Assembly (NCBI RefSeq): GCF_001194135.2
Contig: NC_068989.1
Location: 12,041,043 to 12,076,986, forward strand
Direction: 5' to 3'
DNA: 35,944 nucleotides
DNA from: Octopus bimaculoides
Lineage: Eukaryota
Below are positions 22,619 to 33,172 of this stretch, in pieces. The notes beneath the pieces are model-generated. The model ran no database searches and had not been told where the DNA came from. It was given only the letters and a program-made list of their open reading frames with translations. The position numbers and the translations under genes are program-made. The first letter of the stretch is position 1. The number at the start of each line of letters is the position of its first letter.

Positions 22619-22682
22619 TCGGAGAATTCACAAAAAAATCAACAGACGAAGACAGGTGGTGTAGAAAACAAATAGATGCATT

Positions 22683-22800
22683 AGTATAACGCTCGGGAAT
22701 TGAAAAAATCTTTAACGTTTCGAGCCTACGCTCTTCCACAGAAAGGAACACAGAAAGAAACAAGGAGAGAAAAAAGATGTGTGTAGTGGTCAGCGATCTA
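22683..22800 (-). mobile_element. Repeat fragment carrying a hammerhead-like fold with altered core (22710-22745)
   Basis: Minus strand: CTTT CTGTGGA A GAGC GTAG GCTC GAAAC GT T AAAG. Stem I CUUU/AAAG, stem II GAGC/GCUC, palindromic ACGU helix III; core reads CUGUGGA instead of CUGANGA. Element boundaries are approximate. Confidence 0.55.
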
Positions 22801-23859
22801 TCATAGCGAATATATATATATAGCTTGATGGACAGATGGACGAATACAGACATATATTTATATGTAATATAAATATATATTACATTATATATTACGTATA
22901 TATTACAAAATGACATTTTCGTAGTAATTCATACATTTGTATTCATAAAATGCATCGGTGTATGTATTTATTTCTGCGCATTAAGGAAACAAAAAAAGGA
23001 AACAAAAAAGAAAAAAAAGCATATATATATACATAGCTCCAAGGCGATTATATATTATGATTGACAGCAAATGAAGAAAATCCGGTGTCTACATATATCT
23101 TTACTGCTCCACGACATATCACAACAACATCTCTTTTGAATAACATTATTCACTTGTCTATCATTCAGATAATTAAATTATCCTGTAGTTAAATCTCTCC
23201 TGCTATACATTGAATCTTCTTTTTTCTATCCCACTTCCTTTCTCTATATGTATCTAAAAATTCTATCTTTAAAAAGCACCAGCAAAGAATTTAAATAAAA
23301 ACACATACTAAAGCTGGGGGTGGTACGTGTGTGTTTGTGGGGGTATCTTTGTAATTTACCTACTTACAATAATCAAGAAGATAACAAAATGAAAAGAAAA
23401 CATAACACTAAACAAAACTAGCAATGAAAAAAAAATGGAATCTTAAACGTTAACATTTGCATTTCTAGTTCATTCCAGATGGCATAATTGTATCCATGAC
23501 GAGAAGTAGATTACTAAAGATAAATTAGGAACAACGTGCGGGTGAAATGTCTATGTTAAAGGCTTATTTTCATTTGTGTAAGGGGCCAGGCTGTTTACAT
23601 CTTTGAATAAGTGGCTTATCGTTTATGGACTCTGAAGGTCTTTTATGCTTTGTTTTGGTCAGTTTTATAAAGATGATATATGTTAGCTTATCAAGAATCC
23701 CTCTCGCTCTGTATGTACGTGTGTGTTTGTGCAAGTGTGTGTGTGTGTGCGAGTGTATGTATGTGTGTGTGTGTGTATACACACATATACATACACACAC
23801 ATATACATACACACACATATTGGACTGTCTGGTCTATTATGAACGTCCTGTTATTTGAT

Positions 23860-24357
23860 ACACGGAAAGACGCCTTCGGTAATGAATGACCATGAGATTG
23901 AACCTAGAAAGTTCCCCTCCGAGGCACAAGTTCGAGCAAGCTTGTTTTATGGAAGACCAGCAGTCACTCATGCATAACAGTCTCCCCTCTCCACGCCACC
24001 AAGGGAAAATGCAAAGGCCGATACAGCTTGGCACCGTATTAGATTGTCGGGTCTATTATGAACGTCCAATTATTTGATACGTGAAATGACCCCTTCGGCC
24101 ATGAATGACCATGAGATTGAACCTACAAAGTTCTCCTCCAAGGCAAGGTTGTTATATGGAAGACCAGCAGTCAACCATGCAAATCAGTCTCTCCTCTACA
24201 CACCACCGATGTTGCCCAAGGGAAAAGGCAAAGGTTGATACAGTTTGACAACAGTAACAACGCAGCTCATTACTACAGCTGAGTGAACAGGAGACACGCA
24301 AAATAAAGTGTCTTGCTCAAGAACACAGCACATAGCCCGCTCCAGGAATAGAACTCT
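23860..24357 (-). mobile_element. SINE family B with a tandemly duplicated 3' tail (~219-bp period)
   Basis: CORE-like block and B-box at 24260-24357; tail blocks at ~24080-24255 and ~23862-24035 are homologous (GACCATGAGATTGAACCTA..AAAGTT, GGAAGACCAGCAGTCA, AAGGGAAAA.GCAAAGG). Confidence 0.75.
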
Positions 24358-25025
24358 GATATCGTATAGCTATTTGACACATGAACGTCCTGTTATTTGA
24401 CTCATGAACATCAATAAGTTACTTTCTTTCGACGCTCTTAACAGAGAAAGGGAAAGAGGGTGAGAGGTGGGGGGAGGGATAGAGACGAAATGGGAGAAAG
24501 GCAGAAAGGTAACTTATTGTGTTTGTTAACGTTTCTTTTCGTACATGACAACATTGTCTTTCACCAATAAAACATACACTACAACCAATATAAACATTTC
24601 GAGCTTGTAGAAACACAATAAAAAAATACACCATACGCTTTATGTTAGTATTACTATTGACATTTTCTGAGCTAATATCATCAATATTTTCGTATATGGT
24701 TTTTACTCCGCATTAAAAGCAATTTTTTTCAGAATAGAAACAAAAGCAAAGGTATTGCGAAAATGATATTCCATCAGAGTATTAATAAGGTTTTGAAATG
24801 AAATGAACTCGAATAAGTATAATGAGCTTTATTACTCGTAATTTACGATTTGGTTGTAGCTTATCGGAGTAGTTTTTGTAGTCACGTTCTTTCATATTTT
24901 CTCCTATTGTTTCGTAAGAAAATACACACACGCACACACACACGTACACGTACGCCTCCCACACACAAGGAAACACACATACACGTTTATTCATTGATAT
25001 GCATTGATCGTACATGCACATCATA

Positions 25026-25190
25026 TAGGTGCAAGAATGGCTAAGTGGTTACGAAGTTTTGCTTATGTCTCTTCTGTCGCGGTTTCAATTCTTGCGCGTT
25101 CTATCTTAGGCAAGAAACCATAGGCCTTCTTTTATAGCTTCTGCGCAATCAGTATCTGTTGAGTGAAATTGGTCAGCGAAAGCTATATGC
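25026..25190 (+). mobile_element. Older SINE family D copy, 5' part (3' part at 25650-25721)
   Basis: TAGGTGCAAGAATGGCTAAGTGGTT..GGTTTCAATT..CTTAGGCAAG..TGAGTGAAATTGGT parallels the younger copy starting at 25199. Confidence 0.65.
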
Positions 25191-25198
25191 ATGTATAT

Positions 25199-25531
25199 AT
25201 AGGTGCAGGAATGGCTGTATGGTAAGTAGCTTGCTTACCAACCACATGGTTCCGGGTTCAGTCCCACTGCCTGGCACCTTGGGCAAGTGTCTTCTACTAT
25301 AGCCTCGGGCCAACCAAAGAATTGTGAGTTGATTTCGTAAACGGAAACTGAAAGAAGCCCATCGGATATATGTATGTGTGTGTGTGTATGCATGTATATA
25401 TGTATTTGCCTGTCTGTGTTTGTCCCCCCTTACCATCGCTTGCCAACCGATGTTGGTGTGTTTACATCCCCGTAACTTAGCGGTTCGGCAAAAGATAACC
25501 GATAGAATAAGTACTAAGCTTACAAGGAATA
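25199..25531 (+). mobile_element. SINE family D, full length with internal TA/TG microsatellite
   Basis: A-box-like TGGCTGTATGG, B-box-like GGTTCAGTCCC, CORE-like ACCTTGGGCAAGTGTCTT, microsatellite at 25366-25420, 3' block CCCCGTAACTTAGCGGTTCGGCAAAAGA..GATAGAATAAGTACT. Confidence 0.85.
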
Positions 25532-26419
25532 TGTGTGTGTGNNNNNNNNNNTATATATATATATATTAGTTTGTGTGTGTGTGTGAGTGTGTATTTGTGC
25601 GTATATGTACGTTTATATGTAGCTTACTCTATGTTCGTATTCTCGTGCTTATAAACCGTAACATAACGATGCAGCTGAAGAAATCGCTAAAACAAGTGCC
25701 AGACTTCGAAATAAGTACTGGAACGGTCCCGCATGGTCACTGTCTAACGGTCGAACGAACACTCACGGACACACGCACAACATTCCCGCACACGTACACA
25801 ACAACACATATGAAGACGTACACACACACACACTCACACATGCACACGACACACACGCAAGCACATACATACATACAGACAGACAGACAGACAGACAACG
25901 TTTCTTACGAACGTGAGTCACAGCGTTCTCTGATATCAGAGAAAGTCGAAATTAGTGAACACTGTGCATGAAGCCTTTTGACTGCAAGCAATTAGTAAGA
26001 GATGAAAAGGAATCAGGTAAAATACTTTGAAAACCCAAACTAAAGACACTACAATTCCTAATCACTCAATTTTCATTTGTTCCTTATTGACTTTGTCTCG
26101 TTGTATTGATTGCTTAATAGCTCCACCATTCTGTCTTGAACACTTCTCAATGAAATGAGAACAGTCTCTAAGACAACCACTCTTCATTTTTGAGGCTTCT
26201 ATTGATTGACGTGAAGCCGAGAATTCTATCGTTCTCTCTAATGTTACTTGCTATTTAAGGTGGATGTATTAATTCTCTTCCTGTAAACGTATCTTGTTTT
26301 AACTCAAACTTGTTGAGAATTCCACGTAGTCTCAAACCTGTTTCCTTCTATCAACGGACTTCAGAACACAATGATACTCCAGCGCAGGAATTTGATGGCT
26401 GCCTTGAATGGTTCTATTG

Positions 26420-26758
26420 GAGCAAATCAACCCTTTTATTCATTTCTCATTTTGGTACTTTGCCTATCGGACACTTTTGCCAAACCGGTAAACGACGGGG
26501 TCGTAAACAAACCAACACTGGCTGTTTAGAGGTTGGGTGGTGGTAACAAACACATACACAAACACAGACAGACAGACACACGCACACACATACACACACA
26601 CGCACACAGAACAGACTTCCAACAATTTCTACCATCCAAATTCCTTCACGAGTCATTAACTGGGGTTCGTAGAAGAAAATACTAACACAATGTGCCGCTC
26701 AGGAGGACTGAACTTGAAATCACGTGGTTGGAAAGCGGGCATCTTAACCATACAGCCA
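26420..26758 (-). mobile_element. SINE family D, degenerate, internal CA microsatellite
   Basis: TTTTGCCAAACCG, CCATCCAAATT, CACGTGGTTGGAAAGC..AACCATACAGCCA homologous to 25199-25531. Confidence 0.65.
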
Positions 26759-27258
26759 GGCTAACCACTGAGGAAATCCGTTCAACCTGAGAGACACTGG
26801 TTTCAATCTATTGCATGGACATCAATTCTTGACTGGTATTTTATTTGATCGATCTGGAAAGAATGTGAGGCAAATATAAATTAGATGGAATTTCAAGGCG
26901 CAAAGCAACTTACGTGTCTGAAATGTGTATGAAGCTGATTAACCTAAGGAAGAGGTTGTAATAGTGTTCTCGGTTCTTGTTGAAATAAGTTTAGAGACAA
27001 TTTGTGTGGATTTGTCGTTAATTCTGACTATTGGATTGGATAGCCCAATAGCTCAGATTTATTCCTGTATTTGATAGCATATAAAAAACATACCTCATGG
27101 GACTCATATACAACATTGGAACTGCTTTACATGTTTTAGTAGAGTAAAACTGTTTCTTGAATAAGCGTTGTTGTATTTGAGGTTCGTTTAATATGCTCTT
27201 GTGTGTGTATTGTACCATCAAATACGTCACTTTGGTTGTTTAATCCAGACTACTTCTT

Positions 27259-27444
27259 CAGTTCTATATTTAAGGGATGAGGAATTATGTACATTGTTTA
27301 CATTATTTGCATTTGACGGATATTTCTCCTCGTCTTGTTTGTTGTTAACACTACGTTTCGGCTGAAATACCTTCCAGCATTCATCAGGTGTCTTGGGAAA
27401 ATTTCGAACCTGGGTTCTCATTCTTAAGGTATTTTTCGATGTTG

Positions 27445-27492
<48 letters not shown>

Positions 27493-27571
27493 TGGTCACT
27501 GCCTGGAATCGAACTCGGAATCTTGGGGTTAGTAGCCCGCGTTCTTAACCACTACGCCATATGCCGTGGAC
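27259..27571 (-). mobile_element. Family E full unit: tRNA-like Pol III head + (AAT)n + hammerhead-bearing body
   Basis: Minus strand: GGCATATGGCGTAGTGGTTAAGAACGCGGGCTACTAACCCCAAGATTCCGAGTTCGATTCCAGGC (A-box TGGCGTAGTGG, B-box GAGTTCGATTCC), then (AAT)n at 27442-27491, then the body shared with 17318-17455. Confidence 0.85.
27347..27392 (-). ncRNA. Minimal type I hammerhead ribozyme (GUA site)
   Basis: Minus strand: GACAC CTGATGA AT GCTGGAA GGTA TTTCAGC C GAAAC GT A GTGTT. Intact core; stem II up to 7 bp with a GGUA loop; predicted cleavage between 27352 and 27351. Confidence 0.78.
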
Positions 27572-27699
27572 AAAAGTGGGGTAACAATAAGATGTCCAAA
27601 GGAGGCGATGGAATTAACTACCCCTCCAAAAAACAATGGATTAGTTAGGTTAAGTTTTATTTGTGAAATACTGTAGTTTTGAATTTGCTGTAGAAAGTG

Positions 27700-27804
27700 A
27701 TCTACGTTTGTGGTGCTGAGTGGCGGCGGTGGTGTTCGTGGGGCGCTAGGAATGTGGCTCAAGCGTTGAAAGGGCGGCAGCTCGAAAAAGCTTGGGAACC
27801 ACTG
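27700..27804 (-). mobile_element. Possible hAT (Charlie-like) terminal fragment
   Basis: Minus strand starts CAGTGGTTCCCAAGCTTTTT, typical of hAT/Charlie TIRs. No second TIR or direct 8-bp TSD found; inner boundary approximate. Confidence 0.45.
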
Positions 27805-28564
27805 CTTTGGACGATCTGGTGTAGTTTGAGGAAATTTCTTGTGCGTTGATTCCATGTCAATAGAGATTAAATGTCAACAAACTAGGTGTACGATTGGTTA
27901 AAGTTACATAATTTTATATGCTTGTAGCTTCAATCATATTAATTTTTAGAGAAAAAAACTGATTGCGATTTTTCTCATCTGCATGCAAAACTATATCAGA
28001 ACTACAATTTTTGAAAATAAACTGTTGAAAATTTTTAAAAAATTCGTGTGGCTGGAAAAAATTTAACAAGATCCTCATTACGTACTTCATATTTATAAGA
28101 CGGCAGGGTGTGTGTTTATTGAAATTTAGCCGCTATTTTCAGCATGTCGAGATACCACGTAGAGACTCTATCGTTGATTTTTGTGAATACGTCAGTGACA
28201 TGATAATAGAATGATGTATGACTACCGCTGGGAAGAGATAAAAGTTTTCTTTTTGGCTTTTACTCGGTTACTGGAAAAATCTTTTGATCTCCCTGGAGTG
28301 ATTTCGCATATTGACGGCATATTGTCCTTTGATGTTCTGTGAACGATCAAATGATGTAGAAAATGAATATTTTAATTCTTGTTTTTATTTCATCTTAGTA
28401 GGCACATGCCTTTAATAAGATTAACTGATTTTTTTTTCGTCTTTTTTTTTTTTTTCCAGCTTCCTGCTGCTAACGTAAATTTTGGTGAAATAAGGGCTGA
28501 AAAAAAAGTAGGGTTTAATTACAGAATTTTATGAAAGACGATTCCCATGTAAGTTCGATGTTAT

Positions 28565-28640
28565 ACTTTCTCTCTTTCTTCCTCTGTCTTTCTTTCTCTG
28601 TCTTTCTTTCTTTCCTTCTTTATTTCTTTCTTTCCTTCTT
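28565..28640. repeat. (TTTC)n/CT-rich tract
   Basis: Directly visible. Confidence 0.9.
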
Positions 28641-28990
28641 TCTTTCTTTCTTTCTTTCCATTGATGTCTCTATATAACATTCAACCCAGCGCATCTAATT
28701 TTACTGATAATTTCTTGTTGCTTTTACTTAACCAGAAATCTGATCAGAGTCACAAGGACAATGATCAACTATGATAATCGCATTTTTTTTTTTTTTGGAT
28801 ATATCTATCTAGAACTACTTATCACAATGTGCCCATCGTTTTTGTGGCAATTTTTTTCTTTTTGTAATTTAATAGTGATTTAGCTGCCTGCTATTTCTAG
28901 TAAATCTTATGATTACGTAAAATCTTCATCGTTCCGTTAGACTTTAATTGTTTTTTGTTTCTTTTGAATCCCAATTCAATTCTGAATAGA

Positions 28991-29217
28991 TTTCTTATTT
29001 CTTTACTGCCTACAAGGGGCTACACACAGAGGGGACAAACAAACGGATTAAGTCGATTATATCGACCCCAGTGCGTAACTGGTACTTATTTAATCGACTC
29101 CGAACGGATGAAAGGCAAAGTCGACCTCGGCGGAATTTGAACTCAGAACGTAGCGGCAGACGAAATACCGCTAAGCATTTCGCCCAGCGTGCTAACGATT
29201 CTGCCAGTTCGCTGCCT
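28991..29217 (-). mobile_element. SINE family A, full length, with a different 3' tail
   Basis: Head and central domain as in 5924-6141, but the minus-strand tail is TTTGTCCCCTCTGTGTGTAGCCCCTTGTAGGCAGTAAAGAAATAAG. Confidence 0.88.
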
Positions 29218-29414
29218 ATCTGTTAATGATGTTCGAGTTCTCATCATAGCAATACCGACATTCTGTAGAGTATGGAGTATTTAGGAACACATTATATAAT
29301 GAATGTGCGTGTGCTATTTCTAGCATATCAATGTGGTTACATACAGATTCTTTGATAAGCTGGTTTGCAGTTAATTACAAGAGATAAACCACTTGTTAAG
29401 AGGCAATAATTATT

Positions 29415-29625
29415 TCTAATTGTGGAAAAAAGGCAGCAATTTTGAGGTGAGGGGAAGCCACTTATATCGGTTAAAATGTTTAGCTGGTACTTATTTTATC
29501 GACCTCCAAATGATGAAATGAAAACCAATCTCAGTGGTATTTGAACTCAAAGCGTAAAGCGCCGGAAGACATGCTAATTGGCGTTAACCGTTTTGTCTGA
29601 AACGCTAATGGTTCTACTCGCTGGC
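29415..29625 (-). mobile_element. SINE family A, old degenerate copy
   Basis: CTGGTACTTATTTTATCGACC..GATGAAA..ATTTGAACTCA.AGCGTAA. Confidence 0.65.
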
Positions 29626-30159
29626 AGGACTATTTTTTTCGTTAAGGAACAAAAATGTAATATAGAATCGTTTACCCAGCTAAGAGAATAATTTATCTGA
29701 TGCTGAACCAACGTAGAACATTCTACGACTAGACAGAAGTAGATAAGGTAGATATAGCAGTTAGATCAGCCCTTAAATTAAATCAAACACCACCATCTTA
29801 AAGAAATGGCAACATAAAAAGGAAAATGTAATTCTTGATATGTTTCAAAAGGGGCTTGTCAGATTTAGAAAGCGTTTGAACATGGTTTTTTTTTCTATCA
29901 GGGCTAATATGATATTAACCAACAGCAAGAAGAACAACATCAGTATCAACAAGTAAAAGAACGACTAGAGATAATTGATGCGTTCTGAGACTGCTAAGAT
30001 GTAAAAATCTCATGGTATAAAAATGTCTCGCCAATGAAGGATACTGACAGAGAGATATTTTGCATTCGAAAACTGTGTTTAAAGCTGCGAAAATGTCAAA
30101 GTGACCTGTCCTGCGTTTCTCGGGTTTTCGGCGTTGAGCTGCACTGTGGTGAAGTAATT

Positions 30160-30163
30160 ACTA

Positions 30164-30229
<66 letters not shown>

Positions 30230-30230
30230 T

Positions 30231-30270
<40 letters not shown>

Positions 30271-30286
30271 GCTACTGCTGCTACGG

Positions 30287-30360
<74 letters not shown>

Positions 30361-30376
30361 GCTACTGCTGCTACGG

Positions 30377-30462
<86 letters not shown>
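30160..30462. repeat. (ACT)n microsatellite with a duplicated interruption
   Basis: Directly visible; TTCTGCTACTGCTGCTACGGCTAC at 30267 and 30357. Confidence 0.95.
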
Positions 30463-31337
30463 GCTTGCAAAATGCATTTGCTTGCGAAGCAGTCGCAATT
30501 ATAAAATATAAAAACAAGACAAAACAAAACAAACAAAATATAAACAAAACAGATTAGAAGCTCAAGAGAAACACAACATTAAAACAAAACAAAACGAAAC
30601 AAAACGACATGGAATAAAAAAAAATAAACAAATCCAACGCAGCCACGTAAAGAGCATTAAGAAGGAAACAAGATAAATTTCGTTCGTCGATCCTACTTCA
30701 AAGCGAAATAAAAATTGGTGAGCATTACCATCAATTTGTCGATAATAGCGGAAGCTGGAAGAAGGAGCAGTGATGTAAGTTTTAAATGCGATGAAATTGC
30801 GAAAGAAGGATTAGATTAGTTAAAGTACCTTAAGATATAGGAACACCAGAGAAAAAACAAATTGAAAAGGTAAAAAAGGAAATGTAGAACTGCTTCTTGT
30901 TGCATTTAGTTGGCTAAGGAAAGAAGGTGGTAGTGGTGAGGGTGAATAAAGGAATAAGGGAATAAGGGAATGAGAGAATGTAACTAAATTGATTATTATC
31001 GCAGGGTGTTGGTTTGCTGTAAGTAAGACAACGTTTTAAATAAGTTTTATATTGGTGTTGCATATTTCTCTTCTCGCTTCAAATTTTTTTCGTCTGTTTT
31101 TATTCTATTCTATTCTATTTGGTTTTTTTCTTCCGTTTGAGGCCCAGCAAATATTTGTATTGAATAATAATAATAACAATAACAACAACAACAATGATAA
31201 TAATGATAATTATTATTTTTATTTAAAAAATGTGTTCTTTTATATTTTGTTTGCCCATCAGTACTTGGAAGCGAGTCAATCCATGTTTATAAAGAAGGGA
31301 TAGAAATGCAGCTTAACAGATATGAAGTAAAATGCGT

Positions 31338-31414
<77 letters not shown>

Positions 31415-31590
31415 CTACCGCCACCATAAAAGCACTTGTATATGGCTTTTGGAAACATGTAAATATATATATGTATGCACGTACATGTATGTGTAAGTAT
31501 GTATGAATGTATGTATTTATGTATGTATGTATGCGTTTGTGCATGTGTGTGTATGTATGTATATATGTGTGTGTATATATGTATGCATAT
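31338..31590. repeat. (ACT)n and (TATG)n microsatellites
   Basis: Directly visible. Confidence 0.9.
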
Positions 31591-32283
31591 ATGTCTTCAT
31601 TAGTGAGAGAGCTTAAGTGGCGCCCATTTTCGGGTGGTTGGTTACACAGAACACAAACCTATGAGTAGTAAAAGAGTTTGAGTTATTCAGCCAAGCGCAT
31701 TTTTCAAGTAGAAGAGTTACCAACTCTTCTAACTGGGAATTGACAAAAAACACAAAATTGACACCAGATGGTAGGTCCATCTGGAAGCAAAATTACAGAA
31801 ATATCTGACATCTTTAGAAAAAATGTAGCATTAGAAAACGGAGGTTTAGAAGAAGAGGAAAGAAATCAATGAGAATGGATACGAAAAAGAGGTTCCACAG
31901 CCAACATGGTAGCAGTGAAAAAGGGTCTCTGCCGTCCCTTTTGATACGCAACTCGATGGCAGCATCGTCTACCATACGGCGCATGGTGTAGAAATACGTG
32001 AGCACGAAAGCTGTTCGATAGATTCCGGTAACGAATGGCATAGCTACAACTCCGCAATTCTCTCTCTGGTGAACGCCAGAGGGCGCCTGCAAATGTGTAC
32101 GGTTTTCCACCACCATTTTGCTAAAATTTTCGTAAGGAGCCACGGATGTAGATGGTGAAATTGGATCCGTGCCTCAACGATCTGTTGCGATATTCGTCTT
32201 GGGACGCAGTCTACTGTTAAATCGTCGAAGCTTGACAATCGCCTCTATCATACACTAACTCGCGCGCACACACAGAGATTTAT

Positions 32284-32332
<49 letters not shown>

Positions 32333-32863
32333 NNNNNNNNNNNNNNNNNNNNNNNNNNNNNNNNNNNNNNNNNNNNNNNNNNNNNNNNNNNNNNNNNNNN
32401 NNNNNNNNNNNNNNNNNNNNNNNNNNNNNNNNNNNNNNNNNNNNNNNNNNNNNNNNNNNNNNNNNNNNNNNNNNNNNNNNNNNNNNNNNNNNNNNNNNNN
32501 NNNNNNNNNNNNNNNNNNNNNNNNNNNNNNNNNNNNNNNNNNNNNNNNNNNNNNNNNNNNNNNNNNNNNNNNNNNNNNNNNNNNNNNNNNNNNNNNNNNN
32601 NNNNNNNNNNNNNNNNNNNNNNNNNNNNNNNNNNNNNNNNNNNNNNNNNNNNNNNNNNNNNNNNNNNNNNNNNNNNNNNNNNNNNNNNNNNNNNNNNNNN
32701 NNNNNNNNNNNNNNNNNNNNNNNNNNNNNNNNNNNNNNNNNNNNNNNNNNNNNNNNNNNNNNNNNNNNNNNNNNNNNNNNNNNNNNNNNNNNNNNNNNNN
32801 NNNNNNNNNNNNNNNNNNNNNNNNNNNNNNNNNNNNNNNNNNNNNNNNNNNNNNNNNNNNNNN

Positions 32864-32900
<37 letters not shown>

Positions 32901-33172
32901 TTATATTTATATATGTAAATATGTACACACACAATATATATATGAATGTGTGTGTGTCTGTGTCTGTGTGTTTGTGTATGTATACATATATATGTATGTA
33001 TATGGATAGATAGGTAGATAGTTAAATTGATAGAGAAATGAATAGATAGATAGGTACATAGATATGTAGATAGATTCAGGAATTCCGACATGCATTCATT
33101 AATGTATGTACGTATGTATGTACGTATGTATGTACGTATGTATGTATGTATGGATGTATGTATTACACACAC
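32864..33172. repeat. TA/TG/GATA/TATG microsatellite tract
   Basis: Directly visible; follows gap 32333-32863, which is preceded by (TA)n. Confidence 0.9.

Noticed and set aside
27594-27812. GTCCAAAG / CTTTGGAC as TSD of the hAT-like end
   Set aside because: The two 8-mers are inverted rather than direct, so they cannot be a target-site duplication.
31618-31625. tRNA-Lys primer-binding site TGGCGCCC
   Set aside because: Only 8 nt match, with no preceding LTR end (CA) or LTR pair.
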